Positions 20,794 to 30,366 of a DNA stretch of 64,000 bases are shown in pieces. The position numbers and the translations under genes are program-made. Below the pieces are notes generated by a model. That model did not search any database. It had not been told where the DNA came from and saw nothing but the letters and a program-made list of their open reading frames with translations. The DNA lies in NCBI GenBank assembly GCA_050916045.1, contig CP051526.1:896001-960000 (forward strand). The letters run 5' to 3'. The DNA comes from Tepidisphaera sp. (GTDB lineage Bacteria > Planctomycetota > Phycisphaerae > Phycisphaerales > UBA1924). Numbering within the stretch: position 1 is the stretch's first letter; each line of letters starts with the position of its first letter.

Positions 20794-21327
20794 CTACTTC
20801 ACCGCCGGTTGGGGTTTGTCGTTCGCCAGTTCCGCCGGTTCGGTCTTGACGGTCGCTTGAATCTCGTTGGCCATGCTGTCACCCGCGACGGTGAGCACGC
20901 TCACGTACCCCAGCAGGCCCGCCGTCGGCACCTGGACGTGGATCCGCGCGACGCGCGTCTTCCCCGTGGGCAGTTGGTCCTTGTCAAGCAGGGAGTACGC
21001 CGCGAGGATGATCCGCTCGCCGCGGAGCAGCGCTTCCGGGTCGTACCGCGGCGGCTCTTCGAACGCGCCGCGATCCCCGCCCTCCACGCCCACAAGCTTG
21101 ACCTGGGCTCGGGCGTCCTCGCTCTTGGTGTCGGCGCGAACCTCAAGCTGGTAAGCCGCGAGGGGGACCTCGCCCGAATCCACGAAGACGTCGAGCGTTT
21201 CGAACCGGATGGCCGAGGGTGCGCGGGCGGCCGGCGCCGGAGCTTGCGGCTGCGTGGCGATCCCCGCCACCGCGAGCGCGAGCCCCGCCGCGACGGCCAC
21301 CGCCGAGAATTTCATGCGACGGTTCAT
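20794..21327 (-). CDS. secreted cohesin-like protein
   Basis: signal peptide; beta-strand pattern LDVFVDS-PLAAYQLEV...VKLVGVE...IILAAYS...LPTGKTRVARIHVQV resembling cohesin. Confidence 0.55.
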   Translation of the reverse strand: MNRRMKFSAVAVAAGLALAVAGIATQPQAPAPAARAPSAIRFETLDVFVDSGEVPLAAYQLEVRADTKSEDARAQVKLVGVEGGDRGAFEEPPRYDPEALLRGERIILAAYSLLDKDQLPTGKTRVARIHVQVPTAGLLGYVSVLTVAGDSMANEIQATVKTEPAELANDKPQPAVK

Positions 21328-21331
21328 CGGG

Positions 21332-22084
21332 TCACGCTCCTCCGTTCCCGACGCGAACGATCCGCGCCGTCAGCAGGTCCGCGTCCTTCTGGTCCACCAC
21401 GCCGTCCGCGGTCAGGTCCCACGTCACATCCAGCGAAGCAACAAAGAACGCCATCTTCGCCTGATCGACCGCCACGTTCGAGCCACCGGCACCGTCGGTC
21501 TTGACGCGATACTCGCGAGCAAGCTGAACCGCTTGCACCGTCTTGGCGATCCGCATGGCGTCCAGGATGTTCACGCGGCCGTTCCCGTCGGCGTCGACCA
21601 TCGCGAGATGCCCGGCTTCTCCCGATGTCCCGCTCGCGGGCTTGCCCGGCGACAGATCGAAGGTGCTCGCCGACCGTGACTGATCGCTCAACGCGAGGGT
21701 GGTGGGGGGAGCGGCGTTCGGCACCCGCGACGCCGAATCCGCGGCGAGGGCGCCGTACACGTTCCCCGAGCCGATGGCAGGGTTCGTCGCGACCGTGGTG
21801 ACAGGAGTTCGGGTCGGCCAGTTCGCCGAGCCCACCCAGACGACCAGCGCGACCGAAGCCGCGATTCCCGCGAACTTCCACGCGCGAGTGCGTGTCGCGG
21901 AGACCTTTCGCCGCGACTCGAACGCTGACAGGACGGCGAAATCGACGTACGCCGGCACCTCTTCCGACCGGCCAAACTCCCGCTTCAGGTCCGAAGCCAG
22001 CGCGGGGGGCAGTTCGAAGGCGCGCGGATCCATCTCGGCCTGCGAGCCGTCGGTGAACCCGGGATGTCCTTCACGTTCCGACAT
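21332..22084 (-). CDS. putative anti-sigma factor with C-terminal dockerin domain
   Basis: directly downstream of ECF sigma; single TM with AASV motif; DADGNGRVNILD and DLTADGVVDQKD dockerin repeats. Confidence 0.7.
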   Translation of the reverse strand: MSEREGHPGFTDGSQAEMDPRAFELPPALASDLKREFGRSEEVPAYVDFAVLSAFESRRKVSATRTRAWKFAGIAASVALVVWVGSANWPTRTPVTTVATNPAIGSGNVYGALAADSASRVPNAAPPTTLALSDQSRSASTFDLSPGKPASGTSGEAGHLAMVDADGNGRVNILDAMRIAKTVQAVQLAREYRVKTDGAGGSNVAVDQAKMAFFVASLDVTWDLTADGVVDQKDADLLTARIVRVGNGGA

Positions 22085-22168
22085 GAAAGCCCTCCGTCTC
22101 TCCAGCGCGCACCCCGCTCGCTTGGTTCACCATGCTTGGCCCAAAATGCCCGTCCAGATTCCGAATCT

Positions 22169-22771
22169 TCATGGCGGTTGACCTCCCGTCAGGGCAGAAC
22201 CGCCGGGCTGGTCGAAGTAGCCCTTGGTTCTCGGGTCTTCGCGGAGCGTCTTGATGGCCAGGTGCAAGCGGCTCTTGACCGTTCCCCCGGGGATCGAAAG
22301 GGCCGTGGCGATCTGCTCCATGCTCATGTCATCCACGAACCGCATCAGGAGCACCTCCTGCTGGTGCTCGGGCAGGATGGCGACCACGGCCGCGAGCGAG
22401 GCCGGGTTCCGAGCGTCGGCGGGCGTGGGAGCGGTGATCTCCACGTCGCTGCCGTCCTCGCGGACCAGGCGGAGCCGGGCCCGGTCCTTGCGCTTGGCCG
22501 TCAGCGCGATGTTCTTGACCACCGGGTAGAGGTAGGTGGTCATTTTCGCCGTCAGCTCGAGGGTCGGCATTTTGCGCACGAGGTAGATGAACGTCTCCTG
22601 CACGACGTCCGCCGCGGTTTCGTGGTCGCGGGTGAACCGCATCGCGAGGCGCATCGCATAGTCCTTGTGGCGTGCGTAAAGCGTCGCAAAGGCCTGTGAG
22701 TCTCCCGCGGCGGCGAGTTTGACGAGCACGGCGTCGGCGAGGGCTTCGGGTTGGAAGGGGGTCTTGTTCAC
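22169..22771 (-). CDS. ECF-type sigma-70 factor
   Basis: GDSQAFATLY, AADVVQETF, region 4 QIATALSIPGGTVKSRLHLA. Confidence 0.92.
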   Translation of the reverse strand: MNKTPFQPEALADAVLVKLAAAGDSQAFATLYARHKDYAMRLAMRFTRDHETAADVVQETFIYLVRKMPTLELTAKMTTYLYPVVKNIALTAKRKDRARLRLVREDGSDVEITAPTPADARNPASLAAVVAILPEHQQEVLLMRFVDDMSMEQIATALSIPGGTVKSRLHLAIKTLREDPRTKGYFDQPGGSALTGGQPP

Positions 22772-22833
22772 GTTGCGGCGACAGTTCTCGTACGAGCGAG
22801 GACCAGTCTATCGGCCAGCCCGTCCGAGCATCC

Positions 22834-23739
22834 TCACCGGGCGGGCCGCCAGCGGTCGCGGAGTTCGCGTTCGAAAGCCGCGACGGCCGGGCTTGGCACG
22901 CGGTCGCGGCGTCGGACCACCGCGAGCGCACGTGTAAGGACGCTTCCGCGACAGACGAGGCCTTCCCCCGGCCGCAGCGCAAGCCTGGAAACCAGGCCGA
23001 CGCCGATGCCCGCGGCGACCATCTGCTTGATGCTCTCGATCGAGCGGAGCTCCATGACGACGTTGAGACGAACGCCCGCGGCGGCGGCGGCCTGGTCGAT
23101 GATCGCGCGGACGGCGGTGCCGCCCTCGAAAGCGACGAAGGGGTGGCCCGCGATCTCTTCCCACCGAAACTCGCCGGCTTTGCGGGCCTTGAAGCCGAGC
23201 GGGCCGGGCGGCGTGATGAGACGCAGCTCATCGTCGACCAGCGGCGTGACGAGCAGGTCCTCGGCACCGGGCAGTCCCCACTTGCCCTTGAGCGGCACGG
23301 TGACGATGCCAAGGTCGAGCTCGCGCGTCAGGACGGCGGTGGCAACGGCCGCCGAGCCCGCTTCTCGCACGTAGAAGCGGACGCCGGGAAATCGCTTGCG
23401 TACCGCGGAGACCACGGGTGGGAGAAGCGAAGCGGTCGCGGTGGCGCCTCCGCCGACGCGGATCGAGCCCTCTTCGAGGCCGACGAGGCGCCGGACGGCT
23501 TCCGCTCCGGCGTCGGCCTGGCGGAGTGCGTCGGTGACGTGCTCGAGGAAGACGCGTCCGGCTTCGGTGAGCGCCACGCCACGCCCGGTGCGGTCCAGGA
23601 GGGGCGCGCCGATTTCGGCTTCGAGTTTCTTCATGGATGCGGAAAGGGCGGGCTGGGTGACGCCGAGGACCTGAGCGGCGCGGGTCATGTGCCCCATGGT
23701 CGCGATGGTCCGGAAATAGCGGAGCGCGGAGAGTTCCAC
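22834..23739 (-). CDS. LysR-family transcriptional regulator
   Basis: TRAAQVLGVTQPALS..KKLE, LTEAG, MVAAGIGV. Confidence 0.93.
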   Translation of the reverse strand: MELSALRYFRTIATMGHMTRAAQVLGVTQPALSASMKKLEAEIGAPLLDRTGRGVALTEAGRVFLEHVTDALRQADAGAEAVRRLVGLEEGSIRVGGGATATASLLPPVVSAVRKRFPGVRFYVREAGSAAVATAVLTRELDLGIVTVPLKGKWGLPGAEDLLVTPLVDDELRLITPPGPLGFKARKAGEFRWEEIAGHPFVAFEGGTAVRAIIDQAAAAAGVRLNVVMELRSIESIKQMVAAGIGVGLVSRLALRPGEGLVCRGSVLTRALAVVRRRDRVPSPAVAAFERELRDRWRPAR

Positions 23740-23804
23740 GGATTCAGCCTACGCAGGCGGCAGCGATCCTGACGGCCGGCGGGGAAGCGACGGTCGTGCG
23801 TGGT

Positions 23805-23832
23805 TCAAGGTTGCCCTCACGCAAGCCGATGG
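23805..23832 (+). promoter_or_regulatory. putative sigma-28-like promoter
   Basis: TCAA-N16-GCCGATGG just upstream of PilZ gene; same pattern at 56246-56273. Confidence 0.45.
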
Positions 23833-23838
23833 CACGAC

Positions 23839-24219
23839 ATGGACTTCGCGAACCTCGGCAAGCAGAAATCAGCCGACAATCGCCGCCGCGCGGGACGCGT
23901 GGTGCTTCAGAGCATCACGTGCTCGCTTGGCACCGTGCTCGACCTTTCCTCGACCGGCATGCGGGTTGAGACCAGCGGCAAGCCCGTCGTGACGGCGGGC
24001 CAGACCTTCGGGATGGTGCTCCAGTCGCTGAGCGGACCGGTCAACATCGTCGCGACGGTCGCGTGGGTGCGAAAGTCCGGATGGCGGGCCCACCAGATCG
24101 GCCTGATCCTCGTGGATCCCACGCCCGAGCTTCGCCGCGCGATCTGCGATCTGGCCCGGAGCGTGACCACCAACGAGACGATCCGCCCCGATCACGAGCG
24201 GGTCCGCGACGCGGGCTGA
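23839..24219 (+). CDS. PilZ domain protein
   Basis: RRAGR (RxxxR) and DLSSTG (DxSxxG) c-di-GMP motifs. Confidence 0.85.
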   Translation: MDFANLGKQKSADNRRRAGRVVLQSITCSLGTVLDLSSTGMRVETSGKPVVTAGQTFGMVLQSLSGPVNIVATVAWVRKSGWRAHQIGLILVDPTPELRRAICDLARSVTTNETIRPDHERVRDAG

Positions 24220-24373
24220 AGCCATCGCTCCAACCCAACGCCTTCGTAGATGAGCAATCGGCGATCCGCCGCCGTCGCGGGATCGCGGTCCAACGTTTGG
24301 GTCCGACGAACGAACTCAGTGAGGTCCGCCCAGCGGGCGAACGGGCGGGATGCGGATCGGGTTCACGATCGCG

Positions 24374-24733
24374 TCAGGCTTTGGGTTCGCTCGCCGCGCC
24401 GTCCCGCGGGGGATTGGTTCGGAGCGTCTTGAGCAGGTCGCTGGCTTTCGCGGGCGAGATGGTGCCCCACGCGACCGCGCTGGCGATGGTCTGTTCGGCT
24501 TGGCTGGACTCCTGAGCGGGTCCGCCCGCGTTCAGGATGGAAGCGGCGTCCTGCGGGCGGATCGAGCCCTCTGCCACATACGCGGCGACCTCGCGCTTGG
24601 TCTGCTCGCGCTCGCGGGTCTCCTTGACGTCCTTGATCGTGCGGACGACGTAGATGAACACGCCCGCCATCACGAGCACGCACAGGAAGATCAGGGGCTC
24701 TTCATCCATCGCCAGGAACGTGATCGGGCTCAT
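24374..24733 (-). CDS. small membrane protein
   Basis: RBS GGAGG, TM then REREQTKREVAAYVAEGSI and a related second AxxVAxGxIxP repeat. Confidence 0.65.
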   Translation of the reverse strand: MSPITFLAMDEEPLIFLCVLVMAGVFIYVVRTIKDVKETREREQTKREVAAYVAEGSIRPQDAASILNAGGPAQESSQAEQTIASAVAWGTISPAKASDLLKTLRTNPPRDGAASEPKA

Positions 24734-24877
24734 CCGGGCACCTCCGCTTGACCACGCCGGCGGGTGGGTCCGGGTGGCTGAATATGTTAGGAATCGCGGG
24801 TTTGGCGTTGCATCCTCCGTCGGGCGGCGGCGCAGCAGGGCGGGGCAAGCAAGGGCTGTGGAAAGCACCGGGAGCGG

Positions 24878-25894
24878 CTAGAGGGCATCCTCCGGCAGGT
24901 CGAACCAGCCCTTTTCGTTGCGGATGACCCGGCGGACGGGGTTTCCGGGCTCATGATCGAGGACGAGGAGCCATCCTCGGTCGGCGGCGTGGGTCAAAAG
25001 CCACTGGCGGCTGATCATGCTCGTGTACGGCTCGACGTCGTAGGCCAAGCTATACGCGAGGCCGTTGTGCCAGGCTGTGGGCATGACGTCGGGGGTGAAG
25101 ACGACCGTGCGGCCCTTCGCGTCCGTGAAAAGGAACGCTTGCTGGCCCCAGGTGTGCCCCGGGACGAGGAAGGTGAACAGGCCGGGAGCGATCTCGGTCG
25201 ATCGCTGCTCGATCGAAAGCCGGGGCATCTCGCCCTTGTCGGGTGTCGCGCCCGTGATGTAGGGGCGGGGCGAATCGACCTTCACGATGCGCGACGCGAT
25301 GGGCTCGAGGTGGTCGGCGAAGTACGTGCGGGTCATGACGCTCCGACCGGCGCGAGCGTCGTCCCATTCGCGGGCTTGGACGACGATCGGTGCGTTGGGG
25401 AACGTGAGCTTGACGGAGAGGTCCCCGCGCGACCCGCCGAAGGTTGAAGCCGCGCCGCTCCAGTCGGGCGTCTCGCCGGGGTTGCACAAGCGTGTCAGCC
25501 CGCCCGCGTGGTCAAAGTGCAGGTGCGTCGCCGAGACCAGGCCGATGTCCTCAACCCGGGCTCCGGCTTCGTGAAGAGCATCGCCGACCCAGCGTTCCGA
25601 GAGCGCGAAGATGTCGCGGTTCTTGGGGTCGAGCTTGTTGCCCGTGCCGGTTTCGATGAGGATGAGCTTGGGCGAGCCCCCGGGGAGCGTGCGGCCCGCG
25701 GGTGCATCGCCGACCCGTTCCAGCAGCAAGCAGTTGTGTTGGACCGGGATGCGGCCCTTCTCGTCGGGCGTGCAGACGCGGGACCAGACGCTCCTGGGGA
25801 TGAGCCCGAACATCGAGCCCCCGTCCAAGCGGAACTCGCCGGCGCGGAGGAGCGTTACGCGGTAGCGGGTGGTGCCGTTCAAAGCCGTCATCAT
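24878..25894 (-). CDS. MBL-fold metallo-hydrolase (YtnP-like)
   Basis: LDGGSMFG, THLHFDHAGG, PGHT. Confidence 0.88.
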   Translation of the reverse strand: MMTALNGTTRYRVTLLRAGEFRLDGGSMFGLIPRSVWSRVCTPDEKGRIPVQHNCLLLERVGDAPAGRTLPGGSPKLILIETGTGNKLDPKNRDIFALSERWVGDALHEAGARVEDIGLVSATHLHFDHAGGLTRLCNPGETPDWSGAASTFGGSRGDLSVKLTFPNAPIVVQAREWDDARAGRSVMTRTYFADHLEPIASRIVKVDSPRPYITGATPDKGEMPRLSIEQRSTEIAPGLFTFLVPGHTWGQQAFLFTDAKGRTVVFTPDVMPTAWHNGLAYSLAYDVEPYTSMISRQWLLTHAADRGWLLVLDHEPGNPVRRVIRNEKGWFDLPEDAL

Positions 25895-25929
25895 GCCAGA
25901 ACGTATCCCCGCCGGAGTACACTGGGTTC

Positions 25930-26781
25930 ATGGGCGCTCGGTTGTCGGCAATCTGGGCTTGGGCGATGGCGATGATCTTCGCGATGACGCTCGCGGTGCC
26001 CTGTTCAGCGGCGCAATCCGAAGCCGCGTCCCCGCAGGATGCCCAAGCCGCGCCGCCCGAGCCCGTGCTTGAAGAGGTCATCGAGAACCGCACGCGTCAC
26101 TGGTCGGTGGTGCTTCCCCGCGGCTGGTTTCTCGCTCCGCAGGAAACCGTGGACGCGATCGAGGCGGAGATGAGCTTGCTCGCACCCGACAAGGGGTTTC
26201 GCTGCGTCGCGGTGCTTTGGATGGACGAAGCACGCGGCTCCAGCGGTCCGCACATCCAGGTCCACGCGGTACCGGCCGAGACGGCAGGCGTCAGTCTGGA
26301 CGACATCGAGAAGACGCTGGCCGGTGCTCGCGAAGTCGCCGCCGCGCGCGACCGCGAACGCCAAGCCGCCACCGGAAAGTCTGCGCAGCCCGACGAGACC
26401 CCGCCCACACTCGACCGCGAACAGCTCCGCATCGTGAGCTCCGGACGGCTGATCGTCCCGCCGACGGACCCGAGCGTTCCGGCCCGAACCGTCCGATTCG
26501 TCTCAACCGGCATGCTCGGGAAGAAGGAGGTCACCAAGCTGATCTTCTACGCGCCCGAGACGGAGTTTGAACCTCTTGAGCCGACGTATCGCGCGGTCGT
26601 GGACTCCTTCCAATACCAAGCTGGCTGGGGCTACTCGCCGGACGCCGCTCCTTCACCGCTCAAGACCGGGATGCCGATCGGAGCGGGTGGGCTGATCGCC
26701 GCGGGGCTGATCGTCGTGTCGGTCAAGCTGCTTTGGCGACGGAAGAAGCCCAAAGCGGCCCGAAGGTCGTTCGGTCTATGA
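25930..26781 (+). CDS. hypothetical exported membrane-anchored protein
   Basis: N-terminal signal, C-terminal TM and basic tail. Confidence 0.55.
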   Translation: MGARLSAIWAWAMAMIFAMTLAVPCSAAQSEAASPQDAQAAPPEPVLEEVIENRTRHWSVVLPRGWFLAPQETVDAIEAEMSLLAPDKGFRCVAVLWMDEARGSSGPHIQVHAVPAETAGVSLDDIEKTLAGAREVAAARDRERQAATGKSAQPDETPPTLDREQLRIVSSGRLIVPPTDPSVPARTVRFVSTGMLGKKEVTKLIFYAPETEFEPLEPTYRAVVDSFQYQAGWGYSPDAAPSPLKTGMPIGAGGLIAAGLIVVSVKLLWRRKKPKAARRSFGL

Positions 26782-26788
26782 TCGGGCG

Positions 26789-28054
26789 ATGCTCCACACG
26801 CTTTACGTGGACATGAATAGCTTTTTCGCCTCGGTCGAGCAGCAACTCGACCCTTCGCTGCGTGGCAAGCCAGTCGCGGTGGTGCCGGTGAAGACGGACA
26901 CGACGTCGGTCATTGCTGCGAGCTATCCGGCGAAGAAGTACGGGGTGAAGACCGGGACGAAGGTGGGGGATGCGCGGCGGATGTGTCCGGGGCTGATCCT
27001 GGTGGTCGGCGGGCATGACAACTACATCCGGGCGCACCACCAGGTGCTTGCGGCGATCGACACGGTGATCCCGGTGGAGCGGGTGTGCTCGGTGGATGAG
27101 TTCGCGTGCCGGCTGCTTCGCGAGCAGCGGACGCCGGAGGGGGCGCGGAGGGTCGCGCTGGCGGTGAAGGACGCGATCCGGACGCGGTGTGGGGAGGCTT
27201 TGACGTGTTCGGTGGGGGTGGCTCCGAATCGGTTCCTCGCAAAGGTCGCGGCGGACATGCAGAAGCCGGACGGGCTCACGGTCGTGAGGCGCGAGGAATT
27301 GCCGGGAGCGTTGCTCGGCCTCAATCTGATCGATCTGCCGGGGATCGGGCCCAAGATGCTCGAGCGGCTCCGCGCAGCGGGGATTTCGACGGTGGAGCGG
27401 CTTTGCTCGCTGGGCGAGGAAGAGCTTCGGCGTGCGTGGGGGAGTGTGGTGGGAGCCGAGTGGTACTACCGCTTGCGCGGCGAGATGCTCGCCGAGACCA
27501 AGACGGTCAAGCGGAGCATCGGGCATTCGCACATCCTGCCGCCGCAGCGGCGGGCGGAGGACGAAGCCCGCGCGGTGGGCGTGCGCCTCCTGACGAAGGT
27601 CGCGCAGCGGGCGCGTTCCATGGGGTATGTCGGCGAGGAACTCCATGTCGGCGTGCGGTTTTTGACGCCGCGCGGCGAGCCCAAGCGCGCGTGGGATGAG
27701 AGCGAGAAACTCAGCGTGCTGCCCGCGGGGAGCGGGGGCGGCGGCGACAACGACACCAAGACGCTGATGAAGGCGTTCGCGGGCATGTGGGAGAAAAAGC
27801 CGCGGGGGCGCATGCTTCAGGTCTGGGTGACGCTGACGGGGCTGACGCCCAAGAGCAGCGCGACGGGGCTGCTTTTCGAGGAGCGACGGGATCCCGGGCG
27901 GCTTTCCAAAGCACTCGACCTGATCAACCAGAAGTATGGGTCCGACACGCTTTATCCGGCGTCGATGCACTCGGCGCGGAAAGCGGCGCCGAGGCGGATC
28001 GCGTTCGGGAACATCCCGGACCTGGACGTGCCGGACTCGGACCGGGAGGGTTAG
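26789..28054 (+). CDS. Y-family DNA polymerase (DinB-like)
   Basis: YVDMNSFFASVE, SYPAKKYGV, SVDE, LAKVA..QKPDG, PGIG. Confidence 0.92.
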   Translation: MLHTLYVDMNSFFASVEQQLDPSLRGKPVAVVPVKTDTTSVIAASYPAKKYGVKTGTKVGDARRMCPGLILVVGGHDNYIRAHHQVLAAIDTVIPVERVCSVDEFACRLLREQRTPEGARRVALAVKDAIRTRCGEALTCSVGVAPNRFLAKVAADMQKPDGLTVVRREELPGALLGLNLIDLPGIGPKMLERLRAAGISTVERLCSLGEEELRRAWGSVVGAEWYYRLRGEMLAETKTVKRSIGHSHILPPQRRAEDEARAVGVRLLTKVAQRARSMGYVGEELHVGVRFLTPRGEPKRAWDESEKLSVLPAGSGGGGDNDTKTLMKAFAGMWEKKPRGRMLQVWVTLTGLTPKSSATGLLFEERRDPGRLSKALDLINQKYGSDTLYPASMHSARKAAPRRIAFGNIPDLDVPDSDREG

Positions 28055-28081
28055 TGCCGATGCGATGGGAGGCCCAAGAAG

Positions 28082-28109
28082 AAAGCACGAGCCGTGCGGC
28101 TCGTGCTTT
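28082..28109. terminator. bidirectional terminator
   Basis: aaagcacgagccg-tg-cggctcgtgcttt between convergent genes. Confidence 0.7.
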
Positions 28110-28149
28110 GGGGTTGATCTCTGACTGCTGGTCGCTCGATGGAGCCGAG

Positions 28150-28419
28150 TTACTGCTTGGCTTTGGCGACCATCTCCGCTTTGGTCTTGGCGTCGGCTTT
28201 GTCGAACTTGCCCTTGCAGCCGGCGCAGCAGAAGCCGAGCTTGCCGCCCTCGATGTCGCTGGTGACATCGGCGTTGGCCGGGCCGCCGCTGTAGGGGCAC
28301 TTGCTGTTGATCATGCCGGGAGCGGCGGGGGTGGTCGCGGCTTTCTCCGTGGAGGAGCAACCGACGAGAACCAGGGCGCTGGCGGCGAGGGTGAACGCGA
28401 GAACACTCTTGAGCTTCAT
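28150..28419 (-). CDS. small YHS-like metal-binding lipoprotein
   Basis: lipobox LVGC; NSKCPYSG...GFCCAGC. Confidence 0.75.
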   Translation of the reverse strand: MKLKSVLAFTLAASALVLVGCSSTEKAATTPAAPGMINSKCPYSGGPANADVTSDIEGGKLGFCCAGCKGKFDKADAKTKAEMVAKAKQ

Positions 28420-28623
28420 GCCAATCTCCTTGAAGGGGGAAAGCGGGAGTCCACCAGAAGATGCGTTCCCCGGTCCGATGGCGGTCCCGGGGTGGGAGGG
28501 GGCGGGCCCCAAAATGGGACTAGGGGTGGGTCGCGCGAGCGACTAGAATGAAGGAGCCCGTTCCAACCGGGCTTTTGCGGTGCCGGTGCGTGCGCCGGCG
28601 GGCGGAAATTCAACGGAGGCTCT

Positions 28624-29955
28624 ATGGGCAAGCGTGCGATGGTCGGTCTGATCGGTGTGGCTCTGGCGGCTTCGGCAGGCCTTTCGACCGCTTGGGCGCA
28701 GGATGCCGGCAAGCCGATCGAGCTCACCCGCCCGGCGGACAAGCCCAAGGAACTGGTCATGCCGACGGACGGGAAAGCGGCGCTCGCCGCCGCCGCCAAA
28801 GCGATGACCGACGCGAAGTGGATCTCCTACCAGGCCAAGGTCGAAGGTGTCGGCATGAGCGGCGATTACACCGCGACGGTCACCACCGAGCGGGCCGAAG
28901 CCGGCGGCTGGAAGGTCGCGGTCAAGGGTGAACTCAAGGGCAAGTCCTCCACCAAGGGCCGCCCGTTCGAGGTCGCTTTCGACGGCGCATCCATCCGGTC
29001 CATCCGCGAGAGCGACAAGCAGGTTGGCGAACTGACCGACCCCGCGGACGTCGAGGAAATGATGCTCTTCTTCGCCAAAGAGCGCGCCGCGGCCCCGGTC
29101 ACGTGGGAGACGCTCGGCGACAAGCCCTTTGCTTTCCCGGACTCCGCGGACATCAAGCTCGAGACGGTCCCGGACGTTGAAGGCGAAAAGTTCTACGCCG
29201 TCCGCGTGACGATCAAGGACGCCAAGCCGGCCGGCGAGGGAGCGGACGCTTTCGGCGGCCTCTACACCTTCGCGCTCAAGGACAACATGCTCCGCAAGAT
29301 CGAACGCTTCCGCCCCAACGCGAAAGCGACCGACAAGCCGATGCGCACGGTCACCTTCTCCAAAGTCGAGGTCGCCGCCGAGCCCAAGGGCGGGGCTTTC
29401 GTCCTCTCCGTGCCCAAGGGCTTCACCGTGAAGACGCAAGCGGGGAAGAAGTCGATGAAGCCGGCCGAACGGCAGAGTGAGCCGAAGAAGACCGCCGGCA
29501 CCGGCACCAAGGTCGGTGACACGGCGATCGCGTTCGAAGGAAAGGACCTTGACGGAGGCACGATCAAGTTCCCCGGGGACTTCAAGAACAAGATCGTCAT
29601 GGTCGATTTCTGGGCGACCTGGTGCCACCCCTGCATGGAAGAGATGCCGCACATCGCCGAGGCTTACGACAAGTTCGCGAGCCAGGGCCTTGAGGTGCTC
29701 GGGGTTTCGATCGACGGCGCCGGTGACGCTGCCAAGATCAAGTCGACCCTGAAGTCCAAGAAGATGAGCTGGCTCCACATCCACGACACGAATTCCGCGA
29801 TCTCCAGGCTTTACGCCGTGACCTCAATTCCGCGAGCGTTCTTGGTCGATGGCGATACCGGCGTCATCATCGCCGCTGGAAATGACATGCGGGGCGACGC
29901 CCTCGCCAAGACGATCGAGAAAGCCATCAAGGACAAGCAGGCCAGCAAGAAGTAA
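28624..29955 (+). CDS. TlpA-like redoxin with N-terminal exported domain
   Basis: signal peptide; DFWATWCHPC, SIPRAFLVD. Confidence 0.85.
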   Translation: MGKRAMVGLIGVALAASAGLSTAWAQDAGKPIELTRPADKPKELVMPTDGKAALAAAAKAMTDAKWISYQAKVEGVGMSGDYTATVTTERAEAGGWKVAVKGELKGKSSTKGRPFEVAFDGASIRSIRESDKQVGELTDPADVEEMMLFFAKERAAAPVTWETLGDKPFAFPDSADIKLETVPDVEGEKFYAVRVTIKDAKPAGEGADAFGGLYTFALKDNMLRKIERFRPNAKATDKPMRTVTFSKVEVAAEPKGGAFVLSVPKGFTVKTQAGKKSMKPAERQSEPKKTAGTGTKVGDTAIAFEGKDLDGGTIKFPGDFKNKIVMVDFWATWCHPCMEEMPHIAEAYDKFASQGLEVLGVSIDGAGDAAKIKSTLKSKKMSWLHIHDTNSAISRLYAVTSIPRAFLVDGDTGVIIAAGNDMRGDALAKTIEKAIKDKQASKK

Positions 29956-29986
29956 CCCTTCCGGCGATTCTCCCTAGCATCACGCC

Positions 29987-30262
29987 ATGATGAACCTCCT
30001 CATCGCGTCGGTCGCGGCGGTCGCCGTGTCTTCCGTGGTCGCTTCACAGCCGCAGGAAGCGCCCGCTCCCGCCGCAGCCGTTACACGCGACACGCGGATC
30101 TCAGGCGAAGCCATCCGCGAGGATCTCGCCATCCTCCAGCGCGTGTACACCGAGCTTCACCCAGGCCTGTACCGGTACCGCACGCCGCAGGAGGTCGCCA
30201 AGGGTTTCGGTGATCTTGAAGCCAGGCTTGGCGAGCTCGACCTCATCAAGAACCGGAAGTGA
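29987..30262 (+). pseudogene. truncated exported protein resembling S41 peptidase N-terminus
   Basis: signal peptide and EDLAIL...LHPGLYRY motif; stops at 91 aa with no remainder downstream. Confidence 0.5.
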
Positions 30263-30309
30263 CCCCCGGAAGTGAATCCGGGAAGTAGATGCAGGATTTC
30301 CGCCATGAC

Positions 30310-30341
30310 AAAGGGCCCGGAGCGATGGCTCCGGGCCCTTT
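30310..30341. terminator. bidirectional terminator
   Basis: aaagggcccggagc-gatg-gctccgggcccttt perfect stem. Confidence 0.75.
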
Positions 30342-30366
30342 CGTTGTTGAGCAATTCGGTCGCTGC

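Noticed and set aside
26789..28054. imuABC/umuDC mutagenesis cassette
   Set aside because: No imuA, dnaE2, umuD or lexA adjacent; catalytic motifs intact as in a standalone DinB-like enzyme
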